Notes under the pieces: model-generated
Told to the model about the DNA's origin: nothing
The model's database searches: none
Seen by the model: only the letters and a program-made list of their open reading frames with translations
Made by a program: the position numbers and the translations under genes
Shown: piece by piece, positions 32,741 through 45,899 of the stretch
How positions within the stretch are numbered: the stretch's first letter is position 1
Layout: each line of letters starts with the position of its first letter
NCBI GenBank assembly: GCA_009914755.4
Contig: CP086569.2
Coordinates: forward strand, 10,432,001 to 10,496,000
Origin: the human T2T-CHM13v2.0 reference genome, Homo sapiens
Direction of reading: 5' to 3'
DNA length: 64,000 nucleotides

Positions 32741-33349
32741 CTCAGGCTATGTCTGAACTAGGAGGGTAGAAAGATTAGTCATTTTGGTTACCACAAACCA
32801 TCAAAACAAAGGTGCAGATCATTGATGTAAAATTACAGTTAGTTCCTTCCGACTCCTTTTCAGCTTCTCTTCATTGCTATGAGCCAGCATCTCCAGTGTC
32901 AGTTTTCAGTCTGTTGCCTCCAAGCTCCTAGTGTACCTTTCAATATGTGCACTGTGATAAACTGGGAAACACTGTTCAATATACCTTCTGGAAGTAAACA
33001 TTCTGCAGGCATCTAGGTAGAGGATGGAGAGACTCCAGGAGACAGGAGCTCTCTGGCTGGGCCTTGATCATGTTCAATCCCCAACCTCAGACCTAGGCGT
33101 GGTCCCTCAGCCACCTTATAGCCTTGGCTTGCAACATCTCTACATGGAAACCAAAACGCAGCAGGGCCCATGTGATCTGAAGGTTCCTGAAAAGTTTCCC
33201 AGAACCCCTCTTGTACCCCTTGTGCAACCCGCACACGGTGACTTGTATTCTAGAGGGTCCGCACAGAGCGGCCATTCCTTCTGCCAGAACCTGCACTCAC
33301 GCATTCTGGAGGCTTCCTGCACTACAAAGGCAGCCAGACACCCACCATG

Positions 33350-33610
33350 CATCCCTGCACCAGTGGCCCACGGCTAGCTCCCTCATCTGCACTCCAGCGG
33401 CTCATGGCCAGCTCCCTCACCTGCACCAGTGGCTCTTGGCCGGCTCCCTCCCCTGCACACCAGCGGCTCACGGCCGGCTCCCTCCCCTGCACACCAGTGG
33501 CTCATGGCTCACTCCCTCCCTTGCAAACCAGCAGCTCACGGCCTGCTCCCTCCCCTGCATTCCAGCAGCTCATGACCAGCTCCCTCACCTGCACTCCAGT
33601 GGGTGGCCCA
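33350..33610. repeat. Minisatellite, ~40-bp unit x ~6.5
   Basis: Units such as ccagcggctcacggccggctccctcccctgcaca / ccagtggctcatggctcactccctcccttgcaaa repeated in tandem. They give the repetitive spurious ORFs 33211-33636 and 33347-33748. Confidence 0.85.
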
Positions 33611-35298
33611 GTGCTTGTGCAAAAGCTGCTGACTAGCTCCAGCCTGCCCAAATCCACAAACGTCTCTTATGTGGTGGTTGAACCACATTTTATGACATCT
33701 GAACACCTTTCAAATCTGTGCTTCCTTGGGTACCTCTCTTTCCAATAGGGCACCAGGCAGAGTTGCTTTATGTCTTACAGTGACTCTTTTATCATAGTTG
33801 CAATCCTTTATACTACACTTCCCCGTTAGACCCACTATGTGGTTTCTATCTCTTGATGGGACCCAGGCTGCTACACAACCTAACCCATGAACATTGCACT
33901 TCATTAATTCCTCACCATTGGCCCAAGATCATGCTCCATCACCTGTCTCTGCCTTCTGACTTTCTTTCCTTAAGTGAAACCCCTAAACGTCCTCTTTGTG
34001 CCCAAAGCTTACCTGCTCTTCCTTCCCTATATTCTTGGCCAGACACAAAAATCTGATGCTCTGGCAAATGCAGAAATGGGGAGAAGGCAGGGGAATCATT
34101 TCTCCTCCCTTAGGTAAGCACTGAGGGTTATGTCATTCCATTGTGTGAGGAATAAAAAAATGAGGCATAGAGAGCTGCCATGATTTGCCTGGACCAATGA
34201 AGCTTTCATGGCAGAGGTGGAACAAATGTTTAGGTGTCCTGAATGTCAGTCCAGCTCATATGTCTTCAGAACGTGCTGTGGAGGGAGACACCGGGGGATC
34301 CCACTCATGCTGAGCACTCAGGGGTACCCAGGTGCTGAGAGTGGGGACGTGACAGGCTGAGTTGACTCAGTCCAGTCCTCCTACACCAAATAATGATGGA
34401 AACCCTCACATAATAGAAGTGAAGAGAGGGAACGAAGCCAGGAACTATTAAGAGGCTGATGCCTAGGAGGCCTGGGCAGAATGACAGGGAGATTAGAGCA
34501 GAACAGAGGCCGTAGATGGGGACAAGGGGAAGGAAGTGGCCTCAGTGGCCAGATGGCACCTGTCCACTGCACAGAGGCTGGAGCCTTGAGTTCCATCTAG
34601 TCCTTGTCAACTACAATCATTCTGCCCTATGGCTCAATGAGTCCTGGAGAAAATGTGTTTTCTGCAGGCTGCGGAGGTGAGAATAAAACAATTCAGCCGT
34701 AAGAAGTTGAAAGTCCCGGAAATCATAGCAGGTGGAGATGGGATTCCTACTTAAACTTCCTGCCCTTGACTTCTGGTTTGGCCATGTGTCTCACTTTGGC
34801 CAATGAATGTGGTAAACTGCCCATTCTGAGCCTGGGTGGTAGGATAAGAGACCTTCACATTTCCCTTTGTTCTTTGTACTCCTGCCATTGCCATGAGAAG
34901 AAGGCACCCTGGCAGGCCCCAACCCGAGGAGGATCAGAGACACTTGGAGCATATCCAGCTCAGCCACCACAGTTTGAGCTTAAACCTCCCAAGCAACTCA
35001 TGCCCATGAGTGAGAAATGGTGGCCTATGGTAGTAGGCCTCTGAGGTGTGGGGTTACTAGTTACAAAGCAAGAGTTAACTAACAGAGATTTCTACCTCAC
35101 ATCCCTATGAATCAAAGGACAAAGGAAATGAAACAAAATGTGAAAAGCAGATTTCCAATTTTTAGAAGAAAACAGAGGACAGATTTTATGACACTAAGCA
35201 GAGAAAAACTTTTTTTAATATGACACAAAACACAGACACCATAAAAGAAACTACTGACAAAAAAGGCGATGAATAAAGTTAAAAGACAAAGACAGTGC

Positions 35299-35657
35299 AT
35301 GATAAGGTTTGGCTGCATGTCCCCACCCAAATCTCATCTTGAATTGTCCTCCCATAATTCTCCTGTGTTGTGGGTGGGACCTGGTGGGAGACAATTGGAA
35401 TCATGGGGGCAGTTCCCCCATACTGTTCTCCTGGTAGTGAATAAGTCTCACGAGTTCTGACGGTTTTATCAGGGGATTCCACTTTTGCATCGTCCTCATT
35501 TTTCTCTGGCCACTGCCATGAAAGAAGTATCTTTCAACTCCCACCATGTTTCTGAGGCCTCTTCAGTCACGTGGAACTGTAAGTCCAATTAAACCTCTTT
35601 TTCTTCCCAGTCTGGGATATGTCTTTATCGGCAGTGTGAAAATGGACTAATAGAGTG
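35299..35657 (+). mobile_element. Solo THE1-type MaLR LTR
   Basis: tgataaggtttggctgcatgtccccacccaaatctcatcttgaattgtcctcccataattctcctgtgttgtgggtgggacctggtgggag...aatggactaatagagtgca. Confidence 0.8.
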
Positions 35658-35732
35658 CACCAGTAGGGAAAACATATTTGTAAGGTATTTGGCCAAAAAA
35701 GCCTTGATATCCAGATCATTAAAATCAAAATT

Positions 35733-36020
35733 GGCCAGACGTGGTGGCTCATGCCTGTAATCCCAGCACTTTGGGAAGATGAGATGGGTGGATCACCTGA
35801 GGTCGGGAGTTCGAGACCAGTCTGACCAACATGGAGAAACCCCGTCTCTACTAAAAATACAAAATTAGCTGGGAGTGATGGCACTTACTCATAATCCCAG
35901 CTACTCAGGAGGCTGAGGCAGGAGAATCACTTGAACCCAGGAGGTAGAAGTTGCAGTGAGCCATGATCATGCCATTGAACTCCCACCTAGGCAATAAGTG
36001 CAAAACTCCATCTAAAAAAA
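35733..36020 (+). mobile_element. Alu
   Basis: ggccagacgtggtggctcatgcctgtaatcccagcactttgggaag... Confidence 0.9.
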
Positions 36021-37999
36021 AATATATCACTTACAAGTCAGCAAGGAGAAACCAAAGACCCAACAGACATATGGGACAGGAGCAATTCACAGAGGAGGAG
36101 ACCCGAAGGGCTGGGAAACACAAGGCACGCATTCAGCTGCCCAGCAGAATCCAGGAACAATATCAGAAAGTGCGATAAAAAATATTGATGAAGATGAGTG
36201 AAGACAGATGAGCGCACTGCTGGCGAGGGGCATAGTGAGGTCTCCAGCCCCAAGGTCATCTGGCTGTGCTTCCTAGGAAGGAAGTGCTGACAACAAACCT
36301 GTCCCAAGACCCCAAGCTTCACCAGGCTATGTGCAGGCCTTGGACCAGAACATCAGCATCACCTTGGGGTGGGGGTTGCAGGGGGGGTCGCCCATCCTCT
36401 GGTCACCAGAAATGCAGAATTCTAGATTCATCTGGAAGATATTGTTGAAGGGAAAAGCAACTTTCAGGAGAGTAAGTATGGACAGCTATTTGTATAAAAT
36501 TGCAAAACCAGGCCAAAGAACACTATCCATTCTTCATGGACATGCACACTAGGTATTAAACATGGATGGGAAGACACACATTGACTTCACAATAGTGGGG
36601 AGGGAGGCGGTAACTGGACTAGAAAAGGGACATATAATTCGAGCGTCAGGATGAACACTATGGCTGAATCCATAGTTTTCTTCCCTTAAACTCTGGAGAA
36701 AAGTCATCCAAAAGCTACCACGTTTGAATTTTAACTGGGAGGTACATGAAATTTTGATATCATTATCCTCTACATAGTCCTGTGTGTTTGTAATATTGAG
36801 GCATATTTTTTAAACACTTGACACAGCATGAAAGGAAGCTTGCCTACACGGTAACAATGGTTATCTTTAGGTAGCAGAATTCAAGACTGCTTCTTTTTCT
36901 TTATTTTTCCTACTTGTATATTATCTCTATTTCCCTGTGTGAGGATTTATGACTGTTGTGATGAAAAGGCTAGTATTCTAACTCCCTGCATCATAAGCAC
37001 ACACCGTGCCCTGGCTGGCATGATGGGGAGGAGAGAGCGTGTCTGTTCACCTGGCCAGCCCTAGGCAACTCTGCAGAGAAAGATACAGGCACTTCCCCTC
37101 TGCAGCCAAAGAGTTAAGAAGCCTTGATGTGAAACAAATCATTCCAGGGGAGATAAATCCCGGCCTTATCTAATTCTGTATCCTGAGGCTGATTAATTTA
37201 AACTCAAAAATAAAATAAACATCATCCTTAAATAGGGATTAAATACTCAGCGGAGTCCTTAATTAAACAAACTGACATACATTTTATGGTATGGATTCAG
37301 GGGGCCCGGGGTGGGATGAGGGATATCTGTGGGGATGCTTGCTGAGCTAAGGAGAGAAAATCGCCAGTGCTCCTGGATTCCGGAGTGCATTCACCTTTAG
37401 CTCCTTGTCTGGATACCCGCAGAAAACCAAAGAGCCATCCTGTGGCAGGATCTTCATACAGGAGGTGGGCTTGTGCCCGTGTCCCTGCGGGAGAAGGGAT
37501 TAGTGGAGGGAGTGGGTGAAGAGTTTGGAGAAAGCCCCTGATGTTCTTAGAAAACAGTAGGAAAGAGATTCCCTTGCCTGGGCATTGTTCCCAAATAGGA
37601 GACAAGAGCATGAACTAAAAACAGAGACTCTCAGCTCCCTCCATGGTCCCTGAGCTCAGAAGGGAACCCAGGGAAGTGGGGCAAGTAAAAAATTGAGTGG
37701 GCTATCTAACATGTGCCTGGAGGGACCCACGAACCTGAGTCAGGCATGAGAGTGGGCAGCTGGTGGATTCTTCCAGACCTGCAGCACAAAGTCAGGCAGA
37801 CGTCCCAAGAGCAAGCCACTTCTGCAGAGGCCTCTACTGCATCCCTGCCTCATGGGCACAATGTCACAGAACAGAATTACATCATGTGGGAGACCATATG
37901 CAGTGTAAGTGTCATAATGGAGCTGGACCCAGAAGATCCCAGACCCAGGTACAGCTATGTCTCTGCTATAGTCAATGTTTGTATGCCCCTAAAATCTGT

Positions 38000-38330
38000 G
38001 TGTTGAAACCTAACTCCTGATAGGTTAGGATTGAATTAGAAGACAAAGACTTTAGGAAGTGATTTCATCACGAAAGCAAAGACCCCATGAATGGGATAAG
38101 TGGCCTTGTAAAAGGGAGCCAAGGGAGCTTGTTCTCCTTCCACCATGTGAGGACCCATCTAGGAGGTGCCCTCTATAAAGAGCAGGCCCTCAACAGACAC
38201 CCAATCTGCCACTACCTTGACCTCCCATTTGCCAGCATCCAGACCTATGAGGTATAAGTTTCTGTTGCTTATAAGCCCCCTAGGCTAAAGTATTTTGTTA
38301 CAGCAGCCCAAATGGAATAAGAGCCTCTGA
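38000..38330 (+). mobile_element. Old MaLR-type LTR (MST/MLT-like)
   Basis: tgtgttgaaacctaactcctgataggttaggattg...ccaccatgtgaggacccatctaggaggtgccc...ccagcatccagacctatgaggtataagtttctgttgcttataagccccctaggctaaagtattttgttacagcagcc. Confidence 0.55.
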
Positions 38331-39352
38331 CCATCTTGAGCAACTCACTTATCTGCTGAACTCTCCACAGATTTAACTGTGATGAAATCCCTCAACAGAT
38401 GTATATTGAACACCTACTGAGTATAAGAACACACTGTGTTGTTGGATAGGATTTAAAGCAAGTCACAGTTCCCCAGGGGAAGGCACTGCCATAGCTGAAG
38501 AGCAAACCCAAGTTGCTGTGGCAAATGGGGGAAAGGGTGGGTGTCAGAGAAGAAGAGAACATGCTAGAGTCCATGTCTGCAGCAATACTGGAACGTCCAA
38601 TAGATGTTTCCCAAAGTGGTGACTTCTCATCCTACAAAAACTCATAGTTGTCCCTGTGTAAAGTCTTCCCAGAAGTGCAGGGCAGCAGAGAATATGCAGA
38701 TCAGAAAAGAGAAGAGGACAGAGAGCACATTCTTGGCATCAGCAGCCACTGACTTCTTGAAGGAAGAAAAGCATTTCTCCTGGATCCCTGGGTAGCAGAT
38801 AAACATACAGAAATAGATTTGTTGGCTATTTGATTCATGGACTCTGAACATTTGCAGACCGGGAGGCTGAGAATCTTCTCCAACCAGATGATGTGGGGCA
38901 TGGAAGTACAGAAAGGGATCAAAGTAGGAGGAAAACAGAGTAATGAGAAGGGAGCTCTCAGCATGACCAACACAGAGACGTGGGTCTCTGCTACCAACGA
39001 TAAGAGCTAATGTATAATGATTGCAGGTTTGCAAATAGCAGGCTTTCCATATCACATATGGCAAGCTCTGATGACAAGCCTGTGTGACAGGTATTGTTGT
39101 CAGAGGCAGAAAGTTGCTACATAATCACACGCAACTGGTGGAATGCCAGAGAGTTTGGTTTTAATTGGTCTTCTTTCTGTTTGTTTTCTATTTGTCCCAT
39201 CTGTATTTCGTTCTCCTTTTCCTCTTTCTCTGACTTCTTTTGAATTTGTTGAGTATTTTTATTTCATTTAATCTTCTTTGTTGGTCTTTTACATATAACT
39301 ATTTTTGCTTGGTTTGGTTTTGAGTTTTAATCATTGCTCTATGGTTTGTGGT

Positions 39353-39735
39353 ATATCACATGGTTTGGATCTGTGTCCCTACCCAAATCTCATGTGGAAA
39401 TGTAATCCTCAATGCCAAACGTGGGGCCTGGAGGGAGGTGATTGGAGCATAGAGCCAGTTTCTCATGGTTTAACACCATCCCCGCTTGGTACTATATAGC
39501 GAGTGTGTTCTCACAAGATCTGGTTGTTTAACAGTGTGTGGCACCTCTCCCTCACTCTCTTCCTCCTGCTCCAGTCACATAAGATATGCCTGCTTCCCTT
39601 TTGCCTTCCGTCATGATTGTAAGCTCCCTGAAGGCCTCCCAAGAAGCTGAGCAGATGACAGAATCATGCTTCCTGTACAGCCTGCAGAACTGTGAGCCAA
39701 TTAAAGCTCTTTTCTTCATAAATTACCCAGTCTCA
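39353..39735 (+). mobile_element. MSTA-type MaLR LTR, 3' end cut by the Alu and L1 insertions
   Basis: tatcacatggtttggatctgtgtccctacccaaatctcatgtggaaatgtaatcctcaatgccaaacgtggggcctggagggaggtgattgg...cctgcagaactgtgagccaattaaagctcttttcttcataaattacccagtctca. Confidence 0.75.
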
Positions 39736-40035
39736 TTTTCTTTTTTTGAGACATAGTCTCATCCTGTCGCCCAGGCTGCAGTGCAGTGGTGTGATCTCGG
39801 CTCACTGCAACTTCCGCCTCCCTGGTTCAAGTGATTCTGCTGTCTCAGCCTCCTGAGTAGCTAAGCTGGGAATACAGGCATATGCCACAAAGCCCACCTA
39901 ATTTTTTTTGTATTTTTAGTAGAGACAGGGTTTCACCTTGTTGGCCAGGATGATCTCAATCTCTTGAACTCGTAATCCACCCATCTCAGCCTCCCAAAGT
40001 GCTGGGATTACAGGCGTGAGCCACCATGCCCAGCC
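39736..40035 (-). mobile_element. Alu with target-site duplication CCAGTCTCA
   Basis: Poly-T then tttgagacatagtctcatcctgtcgcccaggctgcagtgcagtgg...gcgtgagccaccatgcccagcc. The motif ccagtctca occurs on both sides. Confidence 0.9.
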
Positions 40036-40049
40036 CCAGTCTCAGATAT

Positions 40050-40935
40050 TTCCTTTTTTTTTAATTTATTTATTATTATTTTTTAAATTATTATTATTTT
40101 GCCTTAAGTTTTAGGGTACATGTGCACAACGTTCAGGTTTGTTATATATGTATACATGTGTCATGCTGGTGTGCTGCACCCATTAACTCGTCATTTAACA
40201 TTAGGTATATTCTTAATGCTATCCCTCCCCCCTCCCTCCACCCCACAACAATCCCTGGTGTGTGATGTTCCCCTTCCTGTATCCATGTCTTCTCATTGTT
40301 CAATTCCCACCTATGAATGAGAACATGTGGTGTTTTGTTTTTTGTCCTTCAATAGTTTGCTGAGAATGATGGTTTCCAGTTTCATCCATGTCTCTACAAA
40401 GGACATGAACTCATCATTTTTTATGGCTGCATAGTATTCCATGGTGTATATGTGCCACATTTTCTTAATCTCATCTATCATTGTTGGACATCTTTGTTGG
40501 TTCCAAGTCTTTGCTATCGTGAATAGTGCAGCAATAAACATATGTGTGCATGTGTCTTTATAGCAGCATTATTTATAATTGTTTGGGTATATACCCAGTA
40601 ATGGGATGGCTGGGTCAAATGGTATTTCTAGTTCTAGATCCCTGAGGGATTGTCACACCGACTTCCACAGTGGTTGAACTAGATTACAGTCCCACCAACA
40701 ATCTAAAAGTGTTCCTGTTTCCCCACATCCTCTCCAGCACCTGTTTTTTCCTCACTTTTTAATGATCACCATTCTAACTGGTGTGAGATGGTATCTCATT
40801 GTGGTTTTGATTTGGATTCCTCTGATGGCCAGTGATGATATTGTGGTTTTGATTTGCATTTCTCTGATGGCCAGTGATTAGGACCATTTTCTCATGTGTT
40901 TTTTGGCTGCATAAATGTCTTCTTTTGAGAAGTGT
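40050..40935 (-). mobile_element. 5'-truncated L1PA 3' fragment (~0.9 kb)
   Basis: A T-rich tail then ttgccttaagttttagggtacatgtgcacaacgttcaggtttgttatatatg... is the reverse complement of the L1PA 3' end. It ends abruptly at ~40935 and contains a ~27-bp internal tandem duplication at ~40815-40880. Confidence 0.85.
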
Positions 40936-41029
40936 CAGACATTTCTTTAGAGCAGTGCAAGAACAGAATAATACAGTATATGTATTTAACTTAGCCTTGG
41001 CTGCTATCAACATTATGCCACTTCACAGA

Positions 41030-41118
41030 AGCAGGATCTGAGGCTCAAGTTATCATCCTGCCTTGGCCTTCCAAAGTGCTGGGATAACAGGCATGTGCCA
41101 CCATGCCTGGCCTTGCAT
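41030..41118 (-). mobile_element. Partial Alu (left-arm fragment)
   Basis: tgaggctcaagttatcatcctgccttggccttccaaagtgctgggataacaggcatgtgccaccatgcctggcc. Confidence 0.8.
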
Positions 41119-41138
41119 TGTTTCTAACCAGATGTCTG

Positions 41139-41452
<314 letters not shown>

Positions 41453-43100
41453 ATCTCGGTTTCTTTCTGTATAATGTCCTTTTCCCTTTGGTAACATTTC
41501 CGATTTTCTCTTTGTCACTGGTTTGGGGCAATTTGATTATGATGTGCTTCAGTGTGTCATCCTCATGTCTCTTGTGATAGGGGTTCATTGGTTCTTAGAT
41601 CTCTGGGTTTACAGTTTTTCTCAAATTTAAATTTTTTCAGCCACAGTTTTTTCAAATATTTTTTCTTCTACTCCTCCCCACCTTCTTCAGGAACTCCAAT
41701 TACACATATATTAGTCCTGTTGGTGCTGATTTTCTGTTAAATTTTTTCCATTATTTTCTCCATGTTCCATTTTCGATAGTTTCTACTGCTACAACTTCCA
41801 GTTGACTAATCCTTTTTTGTACAATATCTATTCTATTTTAAACACCATTTAGTATATTTTTCATCTCAGACATTTTATTTTTCATCTCTAGAAGTTCCAG
41901 CTGGGTATTCCATGTCTCCACTTCCATGTTCTACCTTACCTTTACCTTCTTCTTGTGGAATGTTATCATTACAATAACTGTTTTAATATCATTGCCTACT
42001 AATTCCATCTTATTTGCCATTTCTGTATCTATTGATCAAGTTTTCTTCTCATTATTGAGACATTTCCTTTTTCTTCACATACCTGGTAATTTTCAGCCAG
42101 ATGGCAGACAACATGAAATTTATCTTATTGTGTGTTGGATATTGTTGGGTTCCTATAAATATTATTGAGCTATGTTCTAAGATGCAGTTAAATTATCTGG
42201 AAAGATTTTGGTTCTTTGAGGGTTTTCTTTGAGGTCTTGTTAAGTAGGACCTTAGCAGCCTCGGCCTAGATCTAATCTTCCACACTACTGAGGCAATTCT
42301 TTTCTGAGTGTTCCATCCAATGGTCTGGGAAGTATAAGGTTTGTCCACTGATGCTGGTCGGAACACCAAATATGCCTGGTTCTGTGGGAGGTTCAAGCAT
42401 TCTTCTTTCTGTTTCCTTCAGGTATTTTCCCTCCCCAGACTTGTAGTTTTCACACATATATGTGCTAATCAGTATTTAGCTGAAGACTCTGGAGGTTTTT
42501 GTTTTGTGACTTTGTCCTTTTCATGCCCTGAATACTCTGCCCTGCAGAGTTTATCTGAGCTTCTTTAGTCTCCCTGGACTCCCAGCTTCATCTCCTCAAT
42601 TCAGGACCATCACCAGGCTCAGTCTGGGTTGGCCCTCCTTGAGCTGTGGCCTAGAAATGGTTTGACTTCTGGTCACCGCACCTGGGCAGTCCAGAGTCAC
42701 AAGAAACCCTAGGCCATGTGGCAGAATGCCCACTGTCCCCACTTCACCACACTGTACTCTCTCCATCCAGTGCTAGCTTTAGCCACGCTGTCTCACAGTC
42801 CAGAATGCTAGCCAGAGATCAAGCTTTCTGCAGTGCCTTGGCTGGGGCCCACAGATAAGGATGGCCAAGCAGTGCTCCCAGAAGCCAGCAGATGACATCA
42901 ATGAGTTTTACATCCTCCAGGCACTGAGAATCTCTGAACACCAGAAGTGTCCTCTGTTGCCAGAGCTGAACTCTCAAATGAAGACTCCAGAAGGCCCTGA
43001 AATGTGTGCAGCCTCCCATCATTGCCTGTCTGTGGCCAAAAGGACACAGACTCTTTCCATGGCTGGTGAGATATCTAGCACACTGGGGGCACTGGAAAGC
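41453..43100 (-). mobile_element. Older L1 5' region (ORF1 upstream / 5'UTR-like)
   Basis: Collinear in structure with the ORF1-5'UTR region of the full-length L1 at 51.7-53.0 kb (for example ...ggccctccttgagctgtggcctagaaatggtttgacttctggtcaccgcacctgggcag versus ...ggcaggcctccttgagctgtggtgggctccagccagtttgagcttctgggcag) but diverged. Assignment is tentative. Confidence 0.45.
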
Positions 43101-45586
43101 CCCTTTTCAACTTTAGGCCTTAGCTGTGCTCTCCATTGACCTCAGGCCAGACACTGCACATTATGGGGGACACCGCTGGGTGCTGGGATGAGAATGGCAG
43201 TTGGCATGTGAGCTAGGATTGAGAGCCCACCACTCTCTTCCCCAGCCAGGCGGTGGGCAGTTACCATCTCTGGCTTCTGTGACCTTACCAGCCTCCTCTG
43301 CTACAATTGCATTTCTGGCAGGCAGTGGATCAGAGAAGCACTGGCAGTTGAGGACGATGTGGAGAACCACTACTGGCCAAGCATTCCCAACCTGACAGCA
43401 GAACAGAAGTACAGCAGTGCTGAGGTGAACTTGACGGAGAACTTTGAGACCATGAAGGCAACCATCACTTCCAACTCATCACAACCTGCATCTCCCACAG
43501 ATTTATTATAGAAGAACTCAACCATCTCTGTGTCAACAAGAAATGGTCCTCACTCTACACCATCACCCTTGGATTTCGATCATGGGGCTGTTCTGTCTTT
43601 AGTATGGAACTGAAAACTTTAATTTCCACAAAAATGTAAGGTTTTGGGCTACAGCCTTACTAAAACAAACAAATATGAGCATAATGGTCTACAGATGGAA
43701 TATCTGGGGCTCTAGACAAACTGCTACTTGAAAGTATAATCACTCTCTTTTTGTTTGTTTCTTTACCCTGGTAGGACAATGTCAGAAATTTCCTTGGTCA
43801 TACAGAATATAAAACATAGTTTCAACAAAAGCAGAATTAAAGCTACAAACTATTTTTGGTGTATTTGCTTAAGTATAAGATAGCTGATTGGGGCTTTATC
43901 TCATAACGTTAGTTTGCTTAGTTTTCATTAAGTTTGTTAAACTTAAATTGTGAATAAATATATGGCTGATTCATATTGTAATTAACCTGCACATTGACAT
44001 AAGCTGTACATTAAAAGTTGCTGCAGGCTGTCATCCAAAATAAAACTTATGTAAAACCAAAAATTCTATAAACCAATGTCAAGGAATGTAACCTAAAATA
44101 AAAATACAGTTAACATGGAATTGCAAAACTAGAATGGGTGAAATATTTACCCATACAATCTTGTTTGGAACATTGATATAACACTAGAAAAGAATTTTTC
44201 TAAATAACTACAATGTTCAACTCTGACTGTGCATCTGTGAAGACCAGGCATTTTGAATCATTGCTCTGTGGTGTGTGGCAGTACAATTTTACAGAAATGC
44301 ACTACAATAATTAATAAAATTCTCTAATGGGAAGATTTTAATGAATAAGTATTTACACTATAAATATTTATAATATTGGTGCTATTATTTCACAAAATAA
44401 AAAAGCTGTGTTACAGCCTTTAAAAGCAAATAATAGCCTTGCATTTCTAAATAAAGAAAAAATATAAATTTTATGAAATACGGTTAAGAGTAATTGAAAA
44501 AATAAAAATTGGGGCATAAATTATATTATAGTTTGGATAGAGGTTGAAAAAAGTGGACGAAAATTTTAATGAGCCCTTTTTGCCTGCACTAAACTTAATC
44601 TTATAGGTAAATATTATAATACATATAGGGTACCTACTAGCTGTCTAATTTACTTTTTACACAATGTATAAATCCTAGCCTATTGGTCTTAATATTTGAA
44701 CCTAAAATAACACACAAACATACAAGAGAACAAAACAAGGAAGAAGTGTATGGAGACAGTGTCATTATCAAGGTGGTGGAATAGGGGGTCCCTACTTTTG
44801 TATTCCCCTGCAGCAATAAAAACTAGTCATCCATCCATCAACCAAAGTAACTTTATGAAAGATCCAGGCAAAGTGGCTCATGATAGTAATCTCCTCCATT
44901 CAGGAGCCTGAGGCGGGAGGACTGCCAGCCCAGGAGTTCAAGAACAGCCTGGGCAATATAGGGAGCTTTGGGATACAGGGCATTATGAAACCTTGCTAAA
45001 ACCCAAAATCGAGGAGAGTCATTTTGAGAAGGCAGGGCCTTTGGTTAACAAGGTGTCATATTATCCAAAGCAATCTCTCAGTTAACTCAAATCCCTATCA
45101 AAATCCCTGTCCCACTTTTTATGGTAATAGAAAATGTAAGTCTGCAACGTAGGCCGAATGGCCAAACCAATCATGCGGAATAAGAAAAAAGCTGGGGACA
45201 TCATACTCGTGACTCACAGGAAACAGTTCAAAAGTCACTGTTTGTAGATAACCTGGGGAAAACCTGCTAGGTACTCAGTGGGAGCCACACTCACCCACAC
45301 ATCTGTCATTAGGCCCAACATATAGCAGAACCTGCCCTAGTACCTGTCCCACAAAACAAAGCCCTGAGGACAATCCAGCCTGCCCCAAAACATGACAGAA
45401 CTCACAACCACACGTGCTCCTGGTAACAAGCCCACTAAAGGTAAAACCCACTTCAGATTCGGCAGCCACCTTGTGATGCAGCTACAAGCCTTTTTACTGC
45501 AAACCCAGTAAAGATCTCATCAGCCTTGAGACCCAACAGATGAAGATCTTTACCTACTAAAATGAGTTTATAAAAATGAACAGAGG

Positions 45587-45897
45587 TGGCTGGGCACGAT
45601 GGCTCACACCTGTAATCCCAGCACTTTGGGGGCCGAGGTGGGTGGATCAGGAGATCAGCAGTTCAAGACCAGCCTGGCCAAGATGGTGAAACACTCTCTT
45701 TACTAAAAATACAAAAATTAGCCGGACATGGTGGTTGGCACCTGTAATCCCAGCTACTCGGCATGCTGAGGGAGAGACTTGCTTGAATCTAGGAGGTGGA
45801 GGTTGCAGTGAGCCAAGATTGTGCCACAGCACTCCAGCCTGGGTGACAGAGCGAGACTCCATCTCAAAAACAAAACAACAACAACAACAAAAAATGA
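45587..45897 (+). mobile_element. Alu
   Basis: ggctgggcacgatggctcacacctgtaatcccagcactttggggg... with a (CAA)n/A-rich tail. Confidence 0.9.
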
Positions 45898-45899
45898 AA

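Noticed and set aside
33211-33748. 141-aa and 133-aa ORFs with repetitive HGQLPHLH / TSGSW motifs
   Set aside because: Translations of the 40-bp minisatellite in two frames.
36280-36440. Fragment resembling a common mammalian-wide interspersed repeat (…cagaaatgcagaattctagattcatctggaagatattgttgaag / ccaccaggctatgtgcaggccttggaccagaacatcagcatcacc…)
   Set aside because: Family could not be named with confidence. Too short and diverged.
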